Shown here piece after piece: positions 17,912 through 27,799 of a stretch of DNA of 37,317 bases (position 1 is the first letter of the stretch; each line of letters starts with the position of its first letter). Made by a program: the position numbers and the translations under genes. This DNA comes from Bacteroidota bacterium (GTDB lineage: Bacteria; Bacteroidota; Bacteroidia; NS11-12g; UBA955). The stretch spans positions 1-37,317 of the forward strand of contig JAIYBO010000207.1 in the NCBI GenBank assembly GCA_027488495.1, given 5' to 3'. The notes under the pieces were generated by a model. That model saw nothing but the letters and a program-made list of their open reading frames with translations. It searched no databases and was not told where the DNA came from.

Positions 17912-19204
17912 TTACTTCAAGGAAGTGGAGTTTTTCAATCCGTAACCTATCAACTCATCATACCCCATACCCGGATTCTTGTGATAAATCAATACCATGT
18001 AGTTGTTCTCCGTTTCACTGTGTTGCCCTTCAAACATCGAAAAATCCAACAGGCCTGTTGATTCGTCCTTTACACCAAAAACATAATTGTAATACCCTTG
18101 TTTCAATGGCACAACCGCCTCATATGCCCTGGTATCTGCGTTGAAATACATCCGATGCGATTCCAATATACGCCAATCACTCAACTCGCCATACACATAT
18201 ACTGCCTCCTTCAATTCAGCATCGGCCTGAATCGAAAAATGCACAAAGCAATAATCACTCTCAAATGCTGTACCCGCAGGCATGGGCAAATCTTTGTTAT
18301 CGTACAAAACCCTACCATTGTAATCCGCCCAATTGAAATACCGCTCAAATCTCCGCGATTTGTCGTTCACCAAAATCACATGCTTCTGATTGGCAATGTT
18401 TAACCGCTGTCTTACACCTGCAGTAGAACTTCGAAAACTGCGAATATCAAAGAACCTATACTGATTCATTCCATCCACCTGATTTCCAAGCTGATGGTTA
18501 TACTGCAACTCATTCCCTACAATAAACATGGGTTTTAAGTCATCGATGCCAAACATCCACTCCCCATTGCGCAAAATCACCGCCTTCACATCCTGCATCG
18601 CATTGGGCATGAAGTAGGCATCGTTCTTCGTAAAATTGAAATTCACCTGTTGATGCGTGCTTCTGAGTTCTACCTGCTTGCTTTGCGATAACTCCATATT
18701 CACCGCGCCCTGGGATTGTAAAACCATCATTCTCCGCGATAAAACAATATCTGATTCATTGAAATTCCGATAAACAACCAACAAGTAATTGCCCGACAAC
18801 TTGGGCCGCGATTGCTCCCCAGGTACATCCACCGCATAATGCGTGTATTGCATCAAAGTGCCATTGCTGAAACTGGCATTCTCAATGTTGTCGTATCCCA
18901 TACCCTCCAATGTTTGCGTGCGCGACAATCCGCTCGGACGCCAATTTGCATCACAATGTATCATTGTAATCTGATAAAAATCACGCTCACTGCGAATTTG
19001 ATCGAATTCCAAAACCAACGCATCCTGTCCGCCCAAAGTCAAAATTGGAAACGCAAAACCACTGCTTTTTTGATAAAATCGAACCGTTCTAACATCTGAT
19101 TCGTAAATGGCATTGCTGTAACGCAAAGAACTGTCTGTATTTGCTTTCAGCAAGCACGTACAAGCCATAAATACAAAGCACAGCAAACCAATTTTTATTC
19201 TCAT
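17912..19204 (-). CDS. Type IX secretion system plug protein (DUF5103 family)
   Basis: 430-aa ORF with a signal peptide. The segment VRTVRFYQ...PILTLGGQDALVLEFDQIRSERDFYQITMIHCDANWRPSGL matches my memory of the DUF5103 N-terminal signature (hCDadW.pS). Confidence 0.6.
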   Translation of the reverse strand: MRIKIGLLCFVFMACTCLLKANTDSSLRYSNAIYESDVRTVRFYQKSSGFAFPILTLGGQDALVLEFDQIRSERDFYQITMIHCDANWRPSGLSRTQTLEGMGYDNIENASFSNGTLMQYTHYAVDVPGEQSRPKLSGNYLLVVYRNFNESDIVLSRRMMVLQSQGAVNMELSQSKQVELRSTHQQVNFNFTKNDAYFMPNAMQDVKAVILRNGEWMFGIDDLKPMFIVGNELQYNHQLGNQVDGMNQYRFFDIRSFRSSTAGVRQRLNIANQKHVILVNDKSRRFERYFNWADYNGRVLYDNKDLPMPAGTAFESDYCFVHFSIQADAELKEAVYVYGELSDWRILESHRMYFNADTRAYEAVVPLKQGYYNYVFGVKDESTGLLDFSMFEGQHSETENNYMVLIYHKNPGMGYDELIGYGLKNSTSLK

Positions 19205-19234
19205 CGAAACAAACTTAACAAATTCGGGGCCAAA

Positions 19235-21220
19235 TCACGAATCTTGCATCATCATCCATTCCTCAAACAACTGTTCATAAGCCGCTTTCGCCATGGCATG
19301 TGCCGCATTCACTGACTCATAGGATTCTGTAATTCTCGCCACCTTTTCAAAAGAACTTGCCACCTCCGGCGAATGCAACTGAACTTCAAGTGCCGTTTTT
19401 TCCTCCGCCAATGCGTTCATTTCCTGCTCCTTCACATTCATGGCATCCTCCACCTTTTTGATCTCGTTTTTACTGTACGATTTACTACTGGTATGAACAG
19501 CAGCTACAGCGCCAACTGATGCACTGGGCTTATTCGCAGTTACCGCCGCCGCAGAAGCCGATTTCTTTTTGCCATCATCGAGCTTGGCCAAACGCATATC
19601 CTCCGCCACACGCTGTGAATTCCATTCGTTATATTCCTCAAATGTGCCCGGATATTCTTTCAAATAGCCGTCTTCAATCCACCAAATTTTATTGGCAACC
19701 TTACTAATGAAAGTTCTGTCATGCGACACAAACAAGCAACTGCCCGCATAGTCTATCAATGATTCTGCCAACACCGCTGTACTAAACATATCCAAGTGGT
19801 TCGTGGGCTCATCCAACAGCAAAAAATTGGATTGGGTGATCAGTGTTTTGGCCAAAGCCAACCTCGATTTTTCACCACCACTCAATACCTTAACCTTCTT
19901 AAATACCTCATCGCCTGTGAACAAGAAACAACCCAATACCGTCCTCAATTCCCAATCAGTATATTCGGCACTCACGGTAGCCAATTCGCTCAACAAATCA
20001 TTCTTCAAATTCAAAGCCTCCAATTGATGCTGGGCAAAAAAGGCGGATTCCACATTCCAGCCTTGCTCAATGATACCTCCAGCAGGCTCGGATCCATGCA
20101 CCATCCTCAATACCGTTGATTTCCCCTTTCCGTTTGCACCCACCAAGGCAATTTTATCGCCCCGCAAAATTTGCGCCTGCGAAGTTTTTAATATTTCTAA
20201 ATCACCATACGATTTGGTCACATCCTTCAAATCCGCAATCACCTTCCCCGGGGTTACCCGAATGTTAAACCGAATATCGAAATCTTTACGCTCATCCTGT
20301 CTAACCTCAATCTTCTCAATTTTATCCAGCATTTTCACCCTACTCTGCACAGCAGTGGCCTTGCTCGCCTTGGCTCTAAATCTGGAAATAAACTTCATCT
20401 GCTGACGGATATAGTCCTGCTGATTTTCGTATTTCCGCATCATCAAAGCATCCCTTTCCTCCTTCTGTTCCAAAAACTCGTTGTAATTGCCCTTGTAATG
20501 AAAAACCTGCTGGTGCGCTACCTCGGCAATGCGATTCACCGTTCTATCCAAGAAGTACGGATCGTGAGATACTATCACATAAGTCCCTTCATAATTGGCC
20601 AAATAATCCTCCAACCACTGAATCGTGGGTAAGTCCAAGTGGTTCGTGGGCTCATCCAACAACAACAAATCAGGGGCCTGTAATAGCAATTTCCCCAACA
20701 TCGCGCGCATACGCCATCCACCAGAAAACTCCCTCAAAGGACGGTCCAAACTGCTCGTGGGGAATCCCAAACCTTCCAAAATTTTATCGCCTTCAGCATG
20801 CCATTCATAGCCACCCAATGCGCCAAAACGCTCCTGGGCATCCGCCAAACGCTGCATGGTAACATCGTCATACTCAATCTCGATTTTTTGAATCAATCGA
20901 TCAATTTCTGATTCCAAATGCACCAAATCTTCCCTGCCACCCAAAACCACGTCGCGAACACAATCGCCAACATCCATACTCAACAAATCCTGATTCAAAA
21001 ACCCAATTCTCAAATCAGATGGTTTAGACAATGTTCCCTCACGCAATTCGTAATCGCCAGAAATCAATCGCAGTAAGGTAGATTTACCCGTACCATTCAA
21101 ACCCACCAACCCAATTTTTTCACTGGGCTTGATGTGCCAAGAGGCATTCTTAAACAGGTATCTACCGGCAAATTCAAAAGAAAAATCATTCAGTGCTAGC
21201 ACCTTGCAAAGGTAGGCCAT
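19235..21220 (-). CDS. ABC-F family ATPase (two ABC domains, no TM domain, coiled-coil C-terminal extension)
   Basis: There are two Walker A motifs (GLNGTGKS, GANGKGKS), two LSGG signatures and two LLLDEPTNHLD Walker B motifs. The ORF track starts at TTG 21223. ATG 21220 or GTG 21202 are alternatives, so the start is uncertain by up to 21 nt. Confidence 0.88.
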   Translation of the reverse strand: MAYLCKVLALNDFSFEFAGRYLFKNASWHIKPSEKIGLVGLNGTGKSTLLRLISGDYELREGTLSKPSDLRIGFLNQDLLSMDVGDCVRDVVLGGREDLVHLESEIDRLIQKIEIEYDDVTMQRLADAQERFGALGGYEWHAEGDKILEGLGFPTSSLDRPLREFSGGWRMRAMLGKLLLQAPDLLLLDEPTNHLDLPTIQWLEDYLANYEGTYVIVSHDPYFLDRTVNRIAEVAHQQVFHYKGNYNEFLEQKEERDALMMRKYENQQDYIRQQMKFISRFRAKASKATAVQSRVKMLDKIEKIEVRQDERKDFDIRFNIRVTPGKVIADLKDVTKSYGDLEILKTSQAQILRGDKIALVGANGKGKSTVLRMVHGSEPAGGIIEQGWNVESAFFAQHQLEALNLKNDLLSELATVSAEYTDWELRTVLGCFLFTGDEVFKKVKVLSGGEKSRLALAKTLITQSNFLLLDEPTNHLDMFSTAVLAESLIDYAGSCLFVSHDRTFISKVANKIWWIEDGYLKEYPGTFEEYNEWNSQRVAEDMRLAKLDDGKKKSASAAAVTANKPSASVGAVAAVHTSSKSYSKNEIKKVEDAMNVKEQEMNALAEEKTALEVQLHSPEVASSFEKVARITESYESVNAAHAMAKAAYEQLFEEWMMMQDS

Positions 21221-21267
21221 CAACCACCATTCAGCCTAATCAAAATCAGCCCAAATTCAAGCGCAAA

Positions 21268-21798
21268 TCAGTACTTTTTCAACATCACAAAGTCGTTCAT
21301 AAAATACCCATCGCCAATGTCGAAATCCGCCACACACTCAATCACAAAACCCATTTTAAAATAAAAGTTGATCGCCTTGAAATTCTGACGGTTGACCTGC
21401 AATCGCAACTCCCGCAAACCCGGCATTTCCGATGTCAATTCATTCAGTATCCAAGCGCCAAATCCCCCCCGCTGATTCACTGTTTTTACGTACAATTTGT
21501 TAAGGAAAAAACACCCATCCGCCTTTTTTTCAATGGCCACAAAACCCATAGCATTGTCACCATCCATCACACAATAAAACCGCTGCCCAGCTTCCATCTG
21601 TGACTCCATAGACGCCGTTGAATAAAATCGCCCCAACATATAATCCACTTGAGACTGTCCGATGATTTCAACGTAATGATCATGCCAAATTTCATCCGCC
21701 AAACGCTGTATCTCGGAAATTTTCTCCCGGCTGGCCAATACTAACTGTAAATTCACCCCCCGAAATTCGCATTTTTGTATCAGTAAATCATGCTTCAA
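21268..21798 (-). CDS. GNAT-family N-acetyltransferase
   Basis: 176-aa ORF with acetyl-CoA-binding-like segment LYVKTVNQRGGFGAWILNEL. The only starts available are TTG 21798 or GTG 21756, so the start is uncertain. Confidence 0.7.
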   Translation of the reverse strand: MKHDLLIQKCEFRGVNLQLVLASREKISEIQRLADEIWHDHYVEIIGQSQVDYMLGRFYSTASMESQMEAGQRFYCVMDGDNAMGFVAIEKKADGCFFLNKLYVKTVNQRGGFGAWILNELTSEMPGLRELRLQVNRQNFKAINFYFKMGFVIECVADFDIGDGYFMNDFVMLKKY

Positions 21799-22500
21799 CT
21801 CCAGAACCTTTCCACCGGCTTCGCAAAAAAGTCTGTAACACTACACCAAAACATCTCAATGCGTGTGGATGCCGGCAACCTCGTTCTGCTCCTTGGCCCC
21901 AATGGCATTGGCAAATCCGTCTTACTCAAAACCGTCGCTGGCCTGCAAGCTCCCCTGTCTGGTGAAGTCAGCGTAAATCAAATCAACATCCACCAAACCA
22001 CCCCAGAAATACGGGCCTCTCTCTCCAGCATACTCCTTGCAACACCCCCCGCCATCGAACAAATGAAAGTGAGTGAAATGGTGCTTTCGGGGCGACAAAG
22101 ATTTATAACAGGCTGGAAAAACCCGGCCCAAAGCGATTTAGCCGCCGTGGAAAATGCAATGCACAAAACCGGCATCCACGACCTAAAAAATGCATCCTTC
22201 GGCGCACTCAGCGATGGCGTAAAACAAAAAGTCATGCTCGCTAGATGCCTCGCCCAAGACAGTCAACTCATCCTACTCGATGAACCCCTCGCCTTTCTAG
22301 ATTACCCCTCGAGAATCAATTTCCTGCAACTGCTTTCTCACCTAACCAAAACAGAAGCCAAAACCATTATTTATAGCAGTCACGACTTACAACTATCTAT
22401 CAATCATTGCGATCACATCATTGCACTCACGCAAAACCAATGTGATTTTTATCAAAATCCAAAAGAACTGATCCTCACCGATATCTTTCCTGTCCAATGA
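21790..22500 (+). CDS. Stand-alone ABC transporter ATP-binding protein (BtuD/FecE-like)
   Basis: 236-aa ORF with Walker A GPNGIGKS, Walker B LILLDEP and H-loop SSHD. The signature motif is degenerate (LSDGVKQ instead of LSGGQ/E). No permease or binding-protein gene is present in the window. Confidence 0.8.
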   Translation: MLQLQNLSTGFAKKSVTLHQNISMRVDAGNLVLLLGPNGIGKSVLLKTVAGLQAPLSGEVSVNQINIHQTTPEIRASLSSILLATPPAIEQMKVSEMVLSGRQRFITGWKNPAQSDLAAVENAMHKTGIHDLKNASFGALSDGVKQKVMLARCLAQDSQLILLDEPLAFLDYPSRINFLQLLSHLTKTEAKTIIYSSHDLQLSINHCDHIIALTQNQCDFYQNPKELILTDIFPVQ

Positions 22501-23237
22501 ACAAACCGCGACAGCCCTTCGCGATGAAGCAGTTCAGCATCGCACAAAATGATGTAGCACTTCCTGTAACTTCCGATGCTTGTTTATTCGGTTCGATGAT
22601 TCAATTGCCCAAGAACGCCCATGTGCTCGATATCGGCACTGGCACCGGTTTGCTTTGCTTCATGCTCGCCCAAAAACACCCCGATGCGACCTTCACAGGC
22701 ATCGACATACATCCCGGATCCATCCAACAAGCCATCGAAAACAACCACAACAACCCCTTCAAGAACCAAATAGAATTTCAAATCGGCGATGTACAATTGT
22801 GGGAACCCACAACACCCATTCACGCCATCGTTTGCAACCCGCCTTTCTTCGAAAATCACCTGCCATCCCAAAATACCACTAGGCGATTGGCCCGACATTC
22901 CAATGAACTTACACTCCCCAATTTGCTCAAACATTGCAACCGTTTGCTCCATCCCAACGGGGAACTATTCCTACTATACCCCAGCCAAAACATCAACCAA
23001 ACCCAAAAAACTTTTTCCGACAATCACCTCCAAATTCAGGAAATTACGTTCATACAAGCCACCGAAAATAAACCACCACATCTAGCCATTTTCCACGCTG
23101 TAAAAACACCAATCAACATAGAAAATGCAGAGGAATCACCCAAGCTGATCACCAAAAATGTAATCCATTATCAAACCAACGGACAGCTAACCCTGGACGC
23201 AACGCATTACTTACAAGAGTTTTACACGCGTTTGTAA
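22497..23237 (+). CDS. tRNA (adenine-N6)-methyltransferase-like SAM-dependent methyltransferase (YfiC/TrmN6 family)
   Basis: 246-aa ORF with FAMKQFSIAQ near the N-terminus, SAM-binding VLDIGTGTGLL and catalytic NPPFF. It overlaps the ABC gene stop (ATGA). Confidence 0.65.
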   Translation: MNKPRQPFAMKQFSIAQNDVALPVTSDACLFGSMIQLPKNAHVLDIGTGTGLLCFMLAQKHPDATFTGIDIHPGSIQQAIENNHNNPFKNQIEFQIGDVQLWEPTTPIHAIVCNPPFFENHLPSQNTTRRLARHSNELTLPNLLKHCNRLLHPNGELFLLYPSQNINQTQKTFSDNHLQIQEITFIQATENKPPHLAIFHAVKTPINIENAEESPKLITKNVIHYQTNGQLTLDATHYLQEFYTRL

Positions 23238-23268
23238 CAAACAAAGTAAAAGTATCATTGTTCCTATC

Positions 23269-23276
23269 TATATTTG
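23269..23276 (+). promoter_or_regulatory. Perfect -7 box TATATTTG, 7 nt upstream of the PspC-domain gene ATG
   Basis: Exact TAnnTTTG match. It implies a very short or absent 5' UTR. Confidence 0.4.
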
Positions 23277-23283
23277 ATCTCAC

Positions 23284-23502
23284 ATGAAATTCATCAAATA
23301 CGCATTGGAAAAATCCCTATTCGGCGTTTGCAGTCAACTCGGCGAATGGATGGGAATTTCCGTAAAAAGCGTGCGCATGTCTTTCGTTTATGCCAGCTTT
23401 TTTACTCTGGGTTCGCCCATCATCATATACTTGGTAGCAGCGTTTTGGATGAACGTGAAAAACTATAGCCAAGAAAGACGTACCCGAATCTGGGATCTTT
23501 AA
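23284..23502 (+). CDS. PspC-domain membrane protein
   Basis: 72-aa ORF. The segment SLFGVCSQLGEWMGISVKSVRMSFVYASFFTLGSPIIIYLV fits the PspC domain pattern (amphipathic helix plus TM). Confidence 0.65.
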   Translation: MKFIKYALEKSLFGVCSQLGEWMGISVKSVRMSFVYASFFTLGSPIIIYLVAAFWMNVKNYSQERRTRIWDL

Positions 23503-23544
23503 TTCATCCTCCTTACAAAAAAGGAAATACTTGTCGCGATTGCT

Positions 23545-25245
23545 TTAAAAATTGCTACTCACAGTGAATCGAATGCCACTGAAAGCAGGCTCCTCCCTAC
23601 AAATACCGCCCGAACAGTTCACCCCCTGTTGTTGCTTCAAATAAGCCAGCGTGAACACAGTGTTCTTCTCCGTATACCCAATAAATACTGTGGGATAATG
23701 CAACACTTTATCGGCAATGATCATGCGCTCATATCGGTGTGGAATCACATTCACCATATCGCCCACAGCAATACTCAACTGTTTGGTTGCCCAATATTCA
23801 ACCATCAAATTGGCGAATGAACCTTGATCGTTTTTCGTGCTTAAATACTGCCATTCCACCCTCAAACTCTTGCCATGTTCCATGGTGTGTAGCCACTCAC
23901 CAAAAGGCGTGAAAGTTTTCACGGGCACATACTCCGGTTCATCTTCGTAACGCGTTTGATTGTAATGAATCTGCTGTATACCCAATTTCAATTTATCGTG
24001 TTTACCCAATTTCTGAACCACCTCCAAATAATTCTCACTAAACAACTTCTCAGCCTCCATAACGCCAGTAACGGCATTCAACTTGCCATTGCTCGCCAAG
24101 GTTTGCACATAACTCGCATTAAAGAAAATCTGCGTTCCCTTGCGCGGTTTAAATTCCACTTCTCCCTGAATACCGTCTTCACCCAATTCTTGACCCGGTG
24201 CGTTGTATCGACTCAATAAACGATACGTATTCTGACGGGTCATTGAAGGCAAATAACTCACCAAACCATTCAACAAAGCCTCCGTAGGCGCCGTGCGAAA
24301 AGCAAAATTATCTACGTGTCTCGCCTGCAAATTCAAACCAATCGATGCCTTTTGCTTGCCCAACTTCCAACCGCCCTTACCCCAACTCAACGAAGTATAC
24401 AAAACATTGCCACCCGCAAGCTTAAAGCGATCGTTCATCCCCAAAATGGCTTCAGGCGTCTTCACATTGCCCTCCACATTCCAACTAAAATTTCCAATGT
24501 TATAGCCGAAATACGCATTAAACCCATACATGTTGTATTTGGGGTAAAATCGATCCGCTAAATCATAAGTATTGATGGTTCCTACCAAACGGTCCATCGT
24601 CTCGCGGTCCAAACTCCGATTGATGGCCGATGCACCCACGCTCAAATCCCCATACTTGCTCATCTTACCCACCGGAATGCCTCCCTCTATATTCAAACCA
24701 CTGATCACCTGCTTGGCAAATCCAAAACGATTTTTGATGTTACCCTTCTGATTGCCCGCAAATCCCTTGATCGCCCACTTGTCGTTGATGTTGTATTTCA
24801 AGCGCATGCCCTGAATTGCATAGTCAATCCCAATCTGCCTCTGCTCATAACTCCTAAACAAAACCCCCGTCCCAAATTGATCATAAAAAGACCCCATCGT
24901 GATGTCCAATTTATCAATCGATTTACTCACCTGCCAAAAGCCAATGCCGTGATCGGTGTAGGCATCCTGGGGATCCAATAAAGGCGAATTGTTGAACGCA
25001 TCGTATCGAACAATGAAAGAATAACCCTTCATCCGATACTGCATAAACAACCACGCATCCGCGCTGGCCGTGTTCTCTTTATATACCTTGGTATTCGCTC
25101 CGATGCTGTCGTCACGCAAATACTTCTGATAGTTCATCAGCAAATTACCAGAAAATTGTCCTTTGTCAGAATCCTTGGTTTGGCCCGAAACCATACCCGC
25201 TGTAGCCACAAAGGCAAGCAAAATCAAGGTGTTGAAATGTCTCAT
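23545..25245 (-). CDS. Putative outer-membrane beta-barrel protein (DUF6029-like)
   Basis: 566-aa ORF with signal peptide [22 protein letters not shown] and alternating aromatic/polar beta-strand pattern throughout. The C-terminal residue is Phe (...RFTVSSNF). The family name is from memory only. Confidence 0.5.
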   Translation of the reverse strand: MRHFNTLILLAFVATAGMVSGQTKDSDKGQFSGNLLMNYQKYLRDDSIGANTKVYKENTASADAWLFMQYRMKGYSFIVRYDAFNNSPLLDPQDAYTDHGIGFWQVSKSIDKLDITMGSFYDQFGTGVLFRSYEQRQIGIDYAIQGMRLKYNINDKWAIKGFAGNQKGNIKNRFGFAKQVISGLNIEGGIPVGKMSKYGDLSVGASAINRSLDRETMDRLVGTINTYDLADRFYPKYNMYGFNAYFGYNIGNFSWNVEGNVKTPEAILGMNDRFKLAGGNVLYTSLSWGKGGWKLGKQKASIGLNLQARHVDNFAFRTAPTEALLNGLVSYLPSMTRQNTYRLLSRYNAPGQELGEDGIQGEVEFKPRKGTQIFFNASYVQTLASNGKLNAVTGVMEAEKLFSENYLEVVQKLGKHDKLKLGIQQIHYNQTRYEDEPEYVPVKTFTPFGEWLHTMEHGKSLRVEWQYLSTKNDQGSFANLMVEYWATKQLSIAVGDMVNVIPHRYERMIIADKVLHYPTVFIGYTEKNTVFTLAYLKQQQGVNCSGGICREEPAFSGIRFTVSSNF

Positions 25246-25271
25246 TCACTGCAAAGAAACAAAAAAGCCCG

Positions 25272-25279
25272 TATTTTTG
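25272..25279 (+). promoter_or_regulatory. Perfect -7 box TATTTTTG, 10 nt upstream of the miaB ATG
   Basis: Exact TAnnTTTG match in the 44-bp divergent intergenic region. Confidence 0.45.
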
Positions 25280-25289
25280 TAGTTCCAAT

Positions 25290-26714
25290 ATGTCAGAAGT
25301 CATCATTACACCCACCATCACAGCCTCTAGAAAGCTTTATATCGAAAGCTATGGATGTGCCATGAATTTTAGCGATAGTGAAATCATCGCCTCCATCATG
25401 GGTGAACATGGCTTCGCTTCAACCAACGATGAACTCGATGCCGATGTCATTTTTCTCAATACCTGTGCCATTCGCGACAATGCAGAACAACGCATAAGAG
25501 AAAGACTGAAACACCTCAGAGGCAATAAAAAACACAACAAAGAACTCATCATTGGGGTACTGGGCTGTATGGCCGAAAGACTCAAAGAAAAATTGCTCGA
25601 AGAAGAAAAATTGGTGGATGTAGTAGCCGGCCCCGATAGCTATCGCGACCTACCAAAACTCGTTGCAGAAGTAGATGAAGGCGGAAGAGCCATCAACGTG
25701 CTACTCAGCCGAGAAGAAACCTACGGCGACCTGAACCCCGTTCGATTGAATTCAAATGGCGTTACCGCATTTGTGTCTATCATGCGCGGTTGCGACAATA
25801 TGTGTAGTTTTTGCGTAGTTCCCTTTACCCGCGGCAGAGAGAGATCTCGCGACCCTGAAAGCATCGTGAGAGAAGTATTAGACCTATCAAACAAAGGCTA
25901 CAAAGAGATTACACTCCTAGGTCAAAACGTAAACTCCTATCTCTGGTTCGGTGGTGGCCCCAAAAAAGAATTCAAAAAACTCACCCAAGATGAACAAGAT
26001 AGTTCTGTGGATTTTGCCGACCTCCTTGAAATGTGCGCCACCGCAGTGCCACAAATGCGCATTCGATACAGTACCAGTCACCCCCGCGATATCAACGAGA
26101 AAGTGGTTTACACCATGGCCAAATACAAAAACTTGTGCAATTACATCCACCTCCCCGCACAAAGTGGCAACTCGCGCGTGCTCGATATCATGTCGAGAAA
26201 CTACACCCGTGAATGGTATATGGATAAAATTCGCATGATCCGTAGCATCATCCCCGATTGTGGCATCAGCTGCGATATCATTGCGGGTTTCTGCTCCGAA
26301 ACAGAAGAAGAACACCAAGACACCCTTTCCCTCATCGAGTGGGCCCATTTTGAGTTCTCCTACATGTACATTTACAGCGAAAGACCCGGTACACCCGCCG
26401 CCAAAAAGTTGGTCGACGATGTAGCAGATGATGTAAAATCGCGTCGATTAAGCGAAATCATCGCCCTACAAAATGCCAAATCAAAGCAAAAAAATGAATC
26501 CTACATTGGTAAAGTAGTCACTGTACTCATCGAAGGCCATTCAAAGAAAAGCACCCTCGATTGGAAAGGCAGAAGCGACCAAAATTCAGTCACCATCTTC
26601 CCATGCGAAGATTACAAAATCGGCGATTTGGTGAATGTAATGGTTGAAAGAGCAACCACAACAGCCATGATCGGTAAAGCCATTGGCTATGCCTCGTTGC
26701 TGCCCGAAAATTAA
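25290..26714 (+). CDS. miaB: tRNA-2-methylthio-N6-dimethylallyladenosine synthase (radical SAM methylthiotransferase)
   Basis: 474-aa ORF with UPF0004 N-domain [15 protein letters not shown], radical [14 protein letters not shown] and a C-terminal TRAM domain. Confidence 0.9.
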   Translation: MSEVIITPTITASRKLYIESYGCAMNFSDSEIIASIMGEHGFASTNDELDADVIFLNTCAIRDNAEQRIRERLKHLRGNKKHNKELIIGVLGCMAERLKEKLLEEEKLVDVVAGPDSYRDLPKLVAEVDEGGRAINVLLSREETYGDLNPVRLNSNGVTAFVSIMRGCDNMCSFCVVPFTRGRERSRDPESIVREVLDLSNKGYKEITLLGQNVNSYLWFGGGPKKEFKKLTQDEQDSSVDFADLLEMCATAVPQMRIRYSTSHPRDINEKVVYTMAKYKNLCNYIHLPAQSGNSRVLDIMSRNYTREWYMDKIRMIRSIIPDCGISCDIIAGFCSETEEEHQDTLSLIEWAHFEFSYMYIYSERPGTPAAKKLVDDVADDVKSRRLSEIIALQNAKSKQKNESYIGKVVTVLIEGHSKKSTLDWKGRSDQNSVTIFPCEDYKIGDLVNVMVERATTTAMIGKAIGYASLLPEN

Positions 26715-26726
26715 ATCGGTCGTTAA

Positions 26727-27692
26727 TTACCCTTTTTGTGCATACTGAGGACTCAAATTCTTGAGCATATCCTCTGTCATGCGATCCAAATCGAAATCCG
26801 GCTTCCAACCCCAGTCGTTGCGAGCCTCGGTATCGTCAATCACAGCCGGCCAACTGTTGGCGATGGCCTGACGGTAATCGGGTTCATACGCAATTTCAAA
26901 CCCAGGAATCACTTTCGCGATAGACGCCGCAATTTCTTCAGGCGCAAAACTCATACCCGCCAAATTGTAACTTGTACGAATTTTGATCTGTTCCGCAGGT
27001 GCATGCATGATATCCAATGTTGCCTTCAACGCATCTGGCATATACAACATGGGCAACGTAGTTCCCTCACCCAAAAAACAAGTATGTTTGCCCGATTGCA
27101 AAGCATCGTGATAAATGGCCACAGCATAATCCGTGGTTCCACCACCCGGCGCACTCTTGTATCCAATCAAACCGGGATAACGCAATGAACGCGTATCAAT
27201 GCCCCAACGGTTAAAATAATATTGCGCATACAACTCACCCGCCAATTTGCTGATTCCATAAATGGTTGTGGGATCCATGGTGCCGTATTGGGGTGTGCCA
27301 AATCGTTCTGTGTTTGGTCCGAAAGCCGCAATGCTACTGGGCCAATACACTTTCTTGATGATGCCTGTATCTCTGGCCGCATTCAACACGTGGAACAAAC
27401 CCTCCATGTTCAACTTCCAACCAAATTCAGGGTTTTTTTCAGCCGTTGCACTCAACAACGCCGCCAAATGATATACCTGTGTGGGTTTGTATTTCTGAAT
27501 CACCGCACCCAAACCATCCGCATCCAAAATATCCAATGTTTCAAACGGACCCCCATCAAAAACTGGGTTGTCTGATTTCTTCACATCACTCGCGATCACA
27601 TTTGAATCACCATAAATGCCTCGCAATGCCTCCACCAACTCCGTGCCCAACTGTCCGCAAGACCCAATCACCAAAACCTTTTCGTTCGTCAT
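26727..27692 (-). CDS. tdh: L-threonine 3-dehydrogenase, SDR / UDP-glucose-4-epimerase-like type
   Basis: The motifs KVLVIGSCGQLGTEL, GGGTTDYAV, SYNLAGMSF and YEPDYRQAIANSWP..IDD match the extended-SDR TDH family. I place the start at ATG 27692 (MTNEKVLVIG). The 17-codon upstream extension in the ORF track has no family support. Confidence 0.7.
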   Translation of the reverse strand: MTNEKVLVIGSCGQLGTELVEALRGIYGDSNVIASDVKKSDNPVFDGGPFETLDILDADGLGAVIQKYKPTQVYHLAALLSATAEKNPEFGWKLNMEGLFHVLNAARDTGIIKKVYWPSSIAAFGPNTERFGTPQYGTMDPTTIYGISKLAGELYAQYYFNRWGIDTRSLRYPGLIGYKSAPGGGTTDYAVAIYHDALQSGKHTCFLGEGTTLPMLYMPDALKATLDIMHAPAEQIKIRTSYNLAGMSFAPEEIAASIAKVIPGFEIAYEPDYRQAIANSWPAVIDDTEARNDWGWKPDFDLDRMTEDMLKNLSPQYAQKG

Positions 27693-27799
27693 ACTACCGC
27701 AAATTTTGGCGGTTCTGCCCACATTACCAAACCTTTTTCTCACCGATTTTATTTACGATGATATTTTGTGGTAAATCTTCCGCATTTTTGCCCCTCATC

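Noticed and set aside
19791-20661. A 28-nt exact direct repeat, tccaagtggttcgtgggctcatccaaca, at 19791..19818 and 20634..20661. Similar gtgggctcatccaa strings occur in the second ABC-F gene near 35808 and 36655.
   Set aside because: Both copies encode, on the minus strand, the Walker B / D-loop motif LLDEPTNHLD of the two ABC cassettes. Motif conservation plus codon bias (possibly intragenic gene conversion) explains the repeat. It is not a mobile or regulatory repeat.
27446-27799. A 118-codon N-terminal extension of the Gfo/Idh/MocA ORF, overlapping the tdh 5' end on the opposite strand.
   Set aside because: The extension is H/P-rich with no Rossmann or signal features. The family-typical N-terminus (IHFAVVGVGHIG) begins right after ATG 27800. 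The extension would overlap tdh by about 250 nt.
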